DNA of 64,000 bases from an uncultured Acidobacteriota bacterium (GTDB lineage Bacteria; Acidobacteriota; JAQAZP01), in contig CAWIIB010000001.1 of NCBI GenBank assembly GCA_963836075.1, forward strand, positions 1,856,001 through 1,920,000, given 5' to 3'. Below, piece after piece: positions 56,589 to 64,000 of the stretch. Position 1 is the first letter of the stretch; every line of letters starts with the position of its first letter. The translations under genes and the position numbers were made by a program. The notes under the pieces were generated by a model. The model made no database searches, was not told where the DNA came from, and worked only from the letters and a program-made list of their open reading frames with translations.

Positions 56589-58955
56589 ATGAGAATCGAC
56601 AACCGTTTCAAGGGGGGCATGGCTCTCAGGTGGGCGATGACCCTGGCCTTTCTCCTGATCCCACCCTCACCGGCATCGACGATAGCATTTGCCGGCGCCG
56701 GTCTCGACCAGGATACCGGATCCATCATTCTGCTCAAGTATGGCGCATTCAATCCCCTGGTTGGCGAACCGGAGGTGCCGGCCGAGCTCACCTCCGAGAC
56801 CGTTAGTAGCATCAGGCTGGTCCAGGTATCCGGCCCGCTCACCTCACCGGAAATTCTTTCCCTGGAGGACGCCGGGGCCACTCTGCTCAGCTACGTACCG
56901 GAAAATACATACCTGGCCCACGTCCCGCCTCAGGCACTCCCGCGTCTCCGGGCCCTGCCCGTGGTCCTGTGGGTGGGTCACTATCATCCCGCCTATAAAA
57001 TTCAAGCCGGGTTGCTCGAGCGGGAGGAGGCGCAGATCGAGATCAACATACTGCTCTTCCCTCAGCTGGCCGAAGAGAATGATCGGATAGCGCTGGGTGC
57101 CGAGATTGCATCTCTGGGGGGGCAACTCACCTTCCAGGAGGAGCTGTCCCACGTTCTTCGTGCCACCGTTCCACCGGCTGCGGTGATTTCACTGGCCAAA
57201 CTCCCCCAGGTTCATTGGATCGACCGCTACGATCCACCGCGAAAGGACATGGACGCTGTCCGCGAGATGATCGGGGCCACCTCGGTGTTTACTTTCGGCT
57301 TTGACGGCACCGGTATCACCGGCGCGGTAAAGGACGCGGGAATCGATCCGACTCATCCCGACTTCGGGAATCTCATCGGCACCCAGGGAAATCCAGGGGT
57401 GGACGAGCATGGTACCTGCACCTTTGGCATCGTTTTTGCCGACGGGACCGATAGCGTCCAGGCCATGGGAATGATGCCCGGAGGAGACGGGGTTTTCTGC
57501 AACTGGGACTGGGGCCGGAACTGGTCGATTCACGACCTGTTCCATTCCTATGGGGGGGTCTTTCAGTCCAACAGCTGGAGTCAGGGCCTGCATAACGGGG
57601 ACTACACCAGTTACTCCGACTCGAACGACGGCGCCATCAACAGCTATGATGTGTCCATGCTCTACTCTGCTGGAAACAGCCCGGTCAGTGTGGGGGCCGT
57701 CACCATTTCCCAGGATTCAGCAGCCAAAAACGTAATCTGTGTCGGCGGTGTATTTCACAAGGGCGACACCAACCAGGACAACGATGAGTGGCACAACTAT
57801 TTTGGGGCCGGGACCACACCCAGCCAGGGCCCGGCGGCCGACGGCCGGATCAAACCCGATCTCTGCGGCTATGTGGACTTAATCTACACCACTGATATTG
57901 TCGGCGCCGGCGGCTATACCTCCGGGAACTATGTCAGCGACTTTGGCGGAACCAGCGGGGCCTGTCCCATCGTGGCCGGTGCGGCGGGTCTGACCTATGA
58001 CATGTATATCGACAACCATTTCGGCAACAACACCGCCGGCGACACGCCACTGCCGGCCACAATCAAGGCACTGCTGATTGCCAACGCTTATCAGTACAGC
58101 CTCAGCGGTTCCTACTCCGCAACCCGCTACCAGCAGGGCTGGGGGGCACCTGACCTTGACCGGACCCACCAGGCAGGTTCCAATCAGGTCATTGTGGATG
58201 GCGGCACCGCCCTGAGTACCGGGGAAAGCTGGAGTACGGTCGTCACTCGTTACAGCGGCGCGGAGCCGTTGAAGATCTCTCTGGTCTGGAGTGATAAGGC
58301 CGGTGAAGCCTCGGCCTCGAAGGCGTTGATCAACGATCTGGATCTCATCGTGACCGCACCGGGCGGCTCTACCTTCCACGGCAACTATGGGCTTACCTAC
58401 AACCGGTATTCCACGGCCAGCGGTTCAGCCGACCGTCTGAACAACGTGGAAAATGTCTTCATCCAGTCCCCGGCCGAAGGCGACTACACCATTGAAGTTT
58501 TCGCCTACGACGTGGCCCTGGACAATCACCCCGACGCCGGGGTGAACCAGGATTTCTCACTGGTGGCCTCCATGGCCCTGGAAGGGGGGGCGAGCGATAC
58601 CATGCACGCAGTGATGGCTTGTGTCCCCACCTCGGGCACACTGCCCGCCACCGTCCAGATTCAGCCGCAACTGTGCAACGATGATTGGTTCACCCGCAAA
58701 CTTGCCGGTCATATCGATCTGACGATCGCCAACGGAGCAACTTACACCAACTGGCGCGCCGGCAATACCAACGTGGATCCCGGTGAATGTTATTACGGTC
58801 CGTTCAACATCAACCTGCCAAACCTCGGCACACTCAAAGGGGACAATATCTTTGTTCTGGTGGGTGAGGATGTAACGCCCCCGCCCTACAACCAACCCCC
58901 ATATTCCCCCGCCGGTGATTCGGACAGCGATGCCGGCACCTTCACCGGTTATTGA
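56589..58955 (+). CDS. S8 (subtilisin-like) serine peptidase with the conserved C-terminal domain
   Basis: Triad motifs KDAGID, DEHGTC, GGTSGACP; SAGN; SQGPAADGRIKPD; NDLDL...NNVENV domain; CTD at ~58602-58955; AAGGAG RBS. Confidence 0.93.
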   Translation: MRIDNRFKGGMALRWAMTLAFLLIPPSPASTIAFAGAGLDQDTGSIILLKYGAFNPLVGEPEVPAELTSETVSSIRLVQVSGPLTSPEILSLEDAGATLLSYVPENTYLAHVPPQALPRLRALPVVLWVGHYHPAYKIQAGLLEREEAQIEINILLFPQLAEENDRIALGAEIASLGGQLTFQEELSHVLRATVPPAAVISLAKLPQVHWIDRYDPPRKDMDAVREMIGATSVFTFGFDGTGITGAVKDAGIDPTHPDFGNLIGTQGNPGVDEHGTCTFGIVFADGTDSVQAMGMMPGGDGVFCNWDWGRNWSIHDLFHSYGGVFQSNSWSQGLHNGDYTSYSDSNDGAINSYDVSMLYSAGNSPVSVGAVTISQDSAAKNVICVGGVFHKGDTNQDNDEWHNYFGAGTTPSQGPAADGRIKPDLCGYVDLIYTTDIVGAGGYTSGNYVSDFGGTSGACPIVAGAAGLTYDMYIDNHFGNNTAGDTPLPATIKALLIANAYQYSLSGSYSATRYQQGWGAPDLDRTHQAGSNQVIVDGGTALSTGESWSTVVTRYSGAEPLKISLVWSDKAGEASASKALINDLDLIVTAPGGSTFHGNYGLTYNRYSTASGSADRLNNVENVFIQSPAEGDYTIEVFAYDVALDNHPDAGVNQDFSLVASMALEGGASDTMHAVMACVPTSGTLPATVQIQPQLCNDDWFTRKLAGHIDLTIANGATYTNWRAGNTNVDPGECYYGPFNINLPNLGTLKGDNIFVLVGEDVTPPPYNQPPYSPAGDSDSDAGTFTGY

Positions 58956-58965
58956 TCCCAACCAT

Positions 58966-59000
58966 CATTCCAACGCCCCCCGCCGGGGGGCGTTGGAATG
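58966..59000. terminator. Inverted repeat between convergent genes
   Basis: CATTCCAACGCCCCCC-GCC-GGGGGGCGTTGGAATG. Confidence 0.7.
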
Positions 59001-59251
59001 ATGAGGATAGAGAGAAAGGGGGAAACGCAGTTCAGTCAAGCAGCCTGGAACTCGACCTGCTGCGGCCGCCGGAAAATGCAACCGAGCTATCGATGTGGCG
59101 GCCGGAGGTCCCAACCTGCTACTGATGTATTTAACCTTTTGAATACAAAGGACGGTGGTGCGGTGAGCAGGATCAACCGTCGGACGTAGTCATGGCTGGC
59201 CGTACGGAGCAACACCGGCCCGGTTAGTCCCGAGCCGGTGCCCGCTAGATA

Positions 59252-59290
59252 TCAGGGTTCGATCCCCGTCACCGTACAGGAGGCCGCCGT
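59252..59290 (-). pseudogene. Orphan 3' remnant of the conserved C-terminal domain (AASCTVTGIEP*)
   Basis: Minus strand GCGGCCTCCTGTACGGTGACGGGGATCGAACCCTGA resembles the end of 60987..62564 (TCCTGCACGGTGACGGGGATCGCTCCGTGA). Confidence 0.6.
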
Positions 59291-59319
59291 TAAGCGGACT
59301 CCATCAGTCCCTGACCGGG

Positions 59320-60723
59320 TCAGGGAGCAACGCCCACCACCACGTTGGCGCTGGTGCAGGTCGTTCCCGAAGCCGGATAGGGCGGCTGGTTGTAAGGAGC
59401 AGGCGTCACGTCCTCGGCGGTCAGTACAAAGGTGTTGCTGCCGATCACCGTGCCCGTTGCCGGGAGGTTGGCCGGAAACTGGATGGTGAAATTGCTCTGC
59501 GGCTGGATATCGGTGAAATTGGCACGCCACGGGTCGTAGACGTTGCCGTTGGCCAGGGTCACCGCAATCCGTCCGGCCACGCAGCGGAACCAGTCCGGTC
59601 CGCCGCTGTTCAGGTTGGACAAGGTGATCCGGTGGGTCATGGAGAAGGGCACCGTGCCCGACAGCGGAGTCACCGTGTAGTCGCAGTCAATGGGACCGGT
59701 GGCGAGGCAACTGATGTCCACCCCCAGTTCGAAGGTGCCGACACCGCCGTCAGTGCGACTGTCGACAATGATGTAGTAAGTCTGGGTGGAGGTCTGGCTG
59801 TAGCAGAAAACCTCGTCCTCACCACCGGCCAACCAGCCGCTGGCGCCGGCCACGCAGGTGCCGTTGACATCAGCGCAGTCAGTGACCATGTAGACACCGC
59901 CGTTCCAGGTCATCACGCTCTGGTTGAGCGTGACGCAGACTTCGCAGTGGCCCGGCAATGTGATGATGTAGGTCACGTCCTTGCCGGCATGGTCCAAACC
60001 GCCGACGCAGGCCGCGGTACAGTCGTAGTCGTTGGTGGCCAGGGTGATGTCACCGGTGTAGCTGCTGCTGCCGGGGGTGCCCGGGATCACGATGGCTCCG
60101 GCGCAGGTATCGTTGGCCGGCGGCGGCGTATCGGTGACCACCAGGTAGGGCACGTTGGCGCCGGTGTGGCCGTCGATCTCCAGGTAGTAGGTGGTGGTCG
60201 TGTCACGGCTGGCAGCACCGATGGTGAACCAGTCCTGGGCCAGGGCAGCGGTGAGATCGGCGTTGGCCGTGCCGCCCAGCGCCAGCGTCTTCCAGCCAAC
60301 ATCGTAGGTGGAAGACTCGTTCAGGTAATTGTAATAACCAGCAATTATCTCAGCCTGGGCATCGTCCCAGAGCAGGGCGGCGGTGGAATCGATGGGCACC
60401 GGGTCGAGGTCCACCGGCGTCACACTCCAGTAGGGCCAGTTGGTGTTGTTGACGTAGAAGTTGAATACCAACCCGGTAACTGTTGTGCCATCGGGTATCG
60501 AGCTGATGTCAAACTTGAAGAACGCGGTTTCCATCCGGGTGGTGCCGGTGGAAGCGCCGCCGTAGACCAGGGCCTCACCGTCGGTCTTGACGTCGTAGGT
60601 GGTGGTGCCGGTGGTGAAATCCTCCGTGGTGGGGTAGACCGTCCAGGTTGCGGCCATGGCGCCGATATCCAGAACGGGCAGGCAAAGGAATAGGATGGCC
60701 AGACTCGTCAATGTTTTGAGCAT
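59320..60723 (-). CDS. Secreted protein (DNRLRE/CBM-like + PPC-like domains) with the conserved C-terminal domain; paralog of 53422..55146
   Basis: Signal peptide; KFDISSIPD...NESSTY..GWKTL.LGG...PYLVVT; PPANDTCAGAI; CTD; GAGG RBS. Confidence 0.88.
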   Translation of the reverse strand: MLKTLTSLAILFLCLPVLDIGAMAATWTVYPTTEDFTTGTTTYDVKTDGEALVYGGASTGTTRMETAFFKFDISSIPDGTTVTGLVFNFYVNNTNWPYWSVTPVDLDPVPIDSTAALLWDDAQAEIIAGYYNYLNESSTYDVGWKTLALGGTANADLTAALAQDWFTIGAASRDTTTTYYLEIDGHTGANVPYLVVTDTPPPANDTCAGAIVIPGTPGSSSYTGDITLATNDYDCTAACVGGLDHAGKDVTYIITLPGHCEVCVTLNQSVMTWNGGVYMVTDCADVNGTCVAGASGWLAGGEDEVFCYSQTSTQTYYIIVDSRTDGGVGTFELGVDISCLATGPIDCDYTVTPLSGTVPFSMTHRITLSNLNSGGPDWFRCVAGRIAVTLANGNVYDPWRANFTDIQPQSNFTIQFPANLPATGTVIGSNTFVLTAEDVTPAPYNQPPYPASGTTCTSANVVVGVAP

Positions 60724-60888
60724 GGTAGCTGCCTCTTTTGATTGAATATACAGAGAGATTCGACGCTGAGATCAAAGTGATCCCACCACTTTTTTCACAA
60801 TGAATATAGTTTCTTTCGAGACAAAGGACAAGTGGGTTTTCGAGAGTAAGCATCCGGTGGCCCAACATTGCTGATGATGTAGTCAATT

Positions 60889-60901
60889 TAAGTTGTTGAT
60901 A
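60889..60901 (-). promoter_or_regulatory. IHF-consensus site
   Basis: TATCAACAACTTA matches WATCAANNNNTTR; near-copy at 63002-63014. Confidence 0.45.
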
Positions 60902-60986
60902 ACAATAGATCGGCTATTTTGCTGGGATCGTTTTCTGGATGCGCTACGAGGCCTGCCCGATCAATGTCGCTGTTTCACCCGATCGT

Positions 60987-62564
60987 TCACGGAGCGATCC
61001 CCGTCACCGTGCAGGAGTCGGTATCAGTGTCGCCCGACGGCGGGTACGGGGGTTGGTTGAAGGGCGCAGGGGTCACGTCCTCGGCCACCAGCGTGAACTC
61101 GTTTCTCCCAATCACCGACCCGAGGGCCGGGATGTTCCGGGGCCAGGACGTGGTAAAGCTGTCTCCGGGCGGAACGCTCAAGAATCCGGTTCGCCAGTTC
61201 GGGAGAGACTGGCCGCCGGCGAGCTCGACATCGATACGGCCGGCAAGAGTCCGGGACTGGCTTGGGTGCCGGTTCGAGACCGTCACCGACAGATCCGTCG
61301 TGAAGGGCACCGTGCCGAACGTCAGGGAACTGGTCAGAACCGACTCCACCATCCGGCCGGGGTAGTGGTATCCCATGTCCACCTGCCCGGCGTCGTCGAC
61401 GAAGTCGGTGCGGGTCGGGCGCTGGTCGAGGCAGACAGTCCCCTCGCCACTGTCGAAGCAGATGTCCGCTGACGGTTCGCTCCCGGCATCCAGACACGGG
61501 CTGTCCTCGGCCTGCCCCGCGGCTACCTGGCTGAAGTAGTAGTTGCCCTCGGGTCCGGCAAAGAATAGCGGATCGGCGTCGATGTTTCCCTCGCCCGGCC
61601 AGCCGCCCTGAACGTCGGAGTAGGAGACGATCGAGGAGCCCGATGCGTCATGGATGCTGTCCGGGCTGTTGTTCCAGACGATGCAGTTGGTGATTGTAGT
61701 TGAGCCCCAGCAGGCGATCCCACCACCGTCACCAGCTACGTTTCCACTGAAGGTGCAGTTGGTGATCGTCGTTGAGTCCCCGCAGCTGATCCCACCACCG
61801 TCATTAGCTACGTTTCCACTGAAGGTGCAGTTGGTGATCGTCGTCGATTGCCAGCAGGCGATCCCACCACCCCTAGAATATCCATACAAACCCCCATGTG
61901 CCACGTTAGCGCTGAAGGTGCAGTTGGTGATCGTCGGCGAGGAGGCGTCAATGCAGCAGACCCCACCACCGTCACCAGATAGTTCATACCCATAATACCA
62001 ATCAAGTGCGTGGTTAGCGCTGAAGGTGCAGTTGGTGATCGTCGGGGAGGAGTGGACGCAGAAGATCCCACCACCATAATGAGCTACGTTTCCACTGAAG
62101 GTGCAGTTGGTGATCGTTGGCGAGGAGAAGGCGCAAAAGATCCCACCACCATACTCTTCAGCGGTGTTATCACTAAAGGTGCAGTTGGTGATCGTCGGGG
62201 AGGAGCCGTCGCATAAGATCCCACCACCACCCCAAGCTTCTCCGTTGCGGATCGTGAATCCGTCCAGCACCGAATCCTGCTCCTCACCGTTTGTGAAATG
62301 GAAGCCTCTGCCTTGCTCCTCACAATCTATGATGCAATTCTCCGACCCGCTCTCCGCCCTGACTGTTATCGCCTTGCCGCGGAAGCCAATGTCGCGGTTG
62401 CCTGAACCAGTGTATGTACCATCGGAAACCAGCACTATGTCACCGTCTACAGCGGCATCGATCCCCGCCTGGATGGTGGGCTGGTCGCCGGGGACGTAGA
62501 TCATGGCTGCTGCGGCCACTAGGGGAAAGCAGAGTATCAGGAAAATGGGTATTGTGCGTTTCAT
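60987..62564 (-). CDS. Secreted right-handed beta-helix (Pmp-like GGGI/FxxN repeat) protein with the conserved C-terminal domain
   Basis: VPGDQPTIQAGIDAA; seven GGG(I/V).C...TITNC repeats; GNIDADPLF; SPCLDAG; DMGYHY; CTD; GGAGG RBS. Confidence 0.92.
   Translation of the reverse strand: MKRTIPIFLILCFPLVAAAAMIYVPGDQPTIQAGIDAAVDGDIVLVSDGTYTGSGNRDIGFRGKAITVRAESGSENCIIDCEEQGRGFHFTNGEEQDSVLDGFTIRNGEAWGGGGILCDGSSPTITNCTFSDNTAEEYGGGIFCAFSSPTITNCTFSGNVAHYGGGIFCVHSSPTITNCTFSANHALDWYYGYELSGDGGGVCCIDASSPTITNCTFSANVAHGGLYGYSRGGGIACWQSTTITNCTFSGNVANDGGGISCGDSTTITNCTFSGNVAGDGGGIACWGSTTITNCIVWNNSPDSIHDASGSSIVSYSDVQGGWPGEGNIDADPLFFAGPEGNYYFSQVAAGQAEDSPCLDAGSEPSADICFDSGEGTVCLDQRPTRTDFVDDAGQVDMGYHYPGRMVESVLTSSLTFGTVPFTTDLSVTVSNRHPSQSRTLAGRIDVELAGGQSLPNWRTGFLSVPPGDSFTTSWPRNIPALGSVIGRNEFTLVAEDVTPAPFNQPPYPPSGDTDTDSCTVTGIAP
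61670..62230 (-). repeat. Intragenic tandem repeats (beta-helix rungs)
   Basis: GTGCAGTTGGTGAT core recurring with CCCACCACC. Confidence 0.85.
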
Positions 62565-63001
62565 GCTTCACCTCCATTAGCAGTGCGCAATGAGGGATAA
62601 AGAACTCGGGCACCCTGAGACGACGACGGCTATCGCACGCTGTGTGGGACGCTTGGCACCTTCATACTGTCGAACGGGTTCAGTTGAGTGAAGATAAGGT
62701 CAATATATTGAGCAGTAAGCGTAAATTCAAGGCATTAAGGGAAGATGGTATTCCGAAACGAACATAGCATTCAGGAGCCGAACAGAAAAGATAAATATTC
62801 CGATGGGATTGTCCATTTGATGATTAAGGAAATCAGTGCTTCGCCAAATACTCCTTTATCGCCTCCTCGAGCAGCGAGCCGGCGGTCTTGTCCATCTTCA
62901 GCGCCAGTATCTTCATCTCCCGCCATAGCTCGGAGTCCATATGACGTCGTTTCTAAGAGACCATTGCTGGCGGCCTCACCAGGCTAACGTTGTATACAAT
63001 T

Positions 63002-63014
63002 TAAGTTGTTGAAA
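63002..63014 (-). promoter_or_regulatory. IHF-like site (one mismatch)
   Basis: TTTCAACAACTTA at the same distance from the upstream stop codon as the 60889 site. Confidence 0.4.
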
Positions 63015-63099
63015 ACAAAAGATTGACGTTTTACGCCCAGTCGACTATTGGCTATTGTGCCTCGACGAATTGATCAATGTCGCCGTTTCACCCGACTGT

Positions 63100-64000
63100 C
63101 TACGGCGCTATCCCGGTCACAATGCAATGGTCAATGACCCGGTCACCCGCTGGTAGGTAGGGCGGCTGGTTCCATGGGGCTGGTGTCACATCCTCGGCAA
63201 CCACAGTGAAGACGTTATCCCCGACCAGGGGACCTAAATTCGGGATGTTCTGGTTCCAGGACGTATAGCAGCTTTCACCACTTGCAAGGGTGGTCAGTCC
63301 TGCTCGCCAGTTGAAATAGAAGGTGCTGCTGGCATAGGTGACCTGGATGCGTCCCGCAATTCTGCGAGTCTGACCGGCGTGGTTATTCGTTAGTGTTGCA
63401 GTCATTTGGGTCGTAAATGGCAAGGAGCCCGAGGCTGGGGCGCAGGTCAACTCTGCCGAGATGATTGTTGGAGGGCTCACGTTGATGAGTATGGCGACCT
63501 GGTCGGTCGTTATCGCAACGGCCAGATCCGGGGCACCGTCGCCATTCAGATCTCTAATGGCGACCGAACTGGGATCATAAGAGACCCCGTATTCCACCGC
63601 GGTCTGAAAGGTGCCGTTCCCATTGCCCAGGAGCACGGAAACATGATGAGAATTGTCATTTGCCGTAACCAGGTCCGGAACACCGTCTCCATCCAGGTCG
63701 TCAATGGCGACTGACACAGGTTGGCTACTGACACCGTAATTCACCGCGGCATCAAAAGTTCCGTCTCCATTGCCCAGCAGCACCGAAACATTGTCGTCGG
63801 TCCAATTCGCAACTACCAGATCCGGGTTGCTGTCGCCGTTCAGGTCTTCGATTACAACTGACCGAGGATAATTTCCGACCCCGTAATTCACCGCAGGCTG
63901 GAAGGTGGCGTCCCCATTGCCCAGGAGTATGGAAACGTTGTCAGAATCAAAATTCGCCACGGCCAGGTCCGGGGCGCCATCACCATCCATGTCGTCGATG
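63100..64000 (-). CDS. FG-GAP/VCBS repeat protein with the conserved C-terminal domain (5' end outside the window)
   Basis: D.(N/D)GDG.PDL..AN....VS.LLGNG.GTF repeats; CTD at ~63100-63462. Confidence 0.9.
   Translation of the reverse strand, partial: IDDMDGDGAPDLAVANFDSDNVSILLGNGDATFQPAVNYGVGNYPRSVVIEDLNGDSNPDLVVANWTDDNVSVLLGNGDGTFDAAVNYGVSSQPVSVAIDDLDGDGVPDLVTANDNSHHVSVLLGNGNGTFQTAVEYGVSYDPSSVAIRDLNGDGAPDLAVAITTDQVAILINVSPPTIISAELTCAPASGSLPFTTQMTATLTNNHAGQTRRIAGRIQVTYASSTFYFNWRAGLTTLASGESCYTSWNQNIPNLGPLVGDNVFTVVAEDVTPAPWNQPPYLPAGDRVIDHCIVTGIAP

Noticed and set aside
60857-60873. TGGCCCAACATTGCT as a sigma54 promoter
   Set aside because: GG-to-GC spacing is 9 nt rather than 10, and it faces away from the adjacent gene start.
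60885-63100. Conserved 3' flanks as integron attC sites
   Set aside because: I could not find the RYYYAAC...GTTRRRY ends with a long imperfect palindrome, and no integron integrase is visible.

Overview
GC-rich bacterial chromosomal window. It is probably Acidobacteriota, inferred from the VWFA-related Acidobacterial-type VWA protein and the overall gene content. It holds about 43 CDS; I recognised no rRNA, tRNA, CRISPR array, integrase or transposase. Housekeeping blocks: M16 peptidase plus two PPIases; FadL / YdbL-like / YdbH-like / nth / FabL-like; feoAB with a DtxR-family regulator; a Crp/Fnr regulator; and a five-gene surface-glycan operon ending in an O-antigen-ligase-like fusion. Most notable signals: (1) A conserved ~120-aa C-terminal domain (C.P.SG..PF...WR.G.T...AEDVTP.P(F/Y)NQPPY..GD....C.VTG.AP) caps seven otherwise unrelated extracellular-type proteins. 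There is also one divergent copy and one orphan 3' remnant. It behaves like an unrecognised sorting or surface-anchoring signal, analogous to the T9SS CTD. (2) A five-gene candidate cytoplasm-to-exterior electron conduit: ferredoxin-fused TrxB-like flavoprotein, cytochrome b-like membrane protein, 20-heme and 37-heme c-type cytochromes, and a beta-barrel. (3) A duplicated RRM gene whose ~390-nt 5' leader is conserved, with compensatory base pairs and an internal terminator-like hairpin. (4) A small RiPP-precursor-like ORF. (5) A secreted LIM/DA1-like metallopeptidase. Three +1 frameshifts in two genes may be assembly errors. All family assignments come from motif reading, not database searches.
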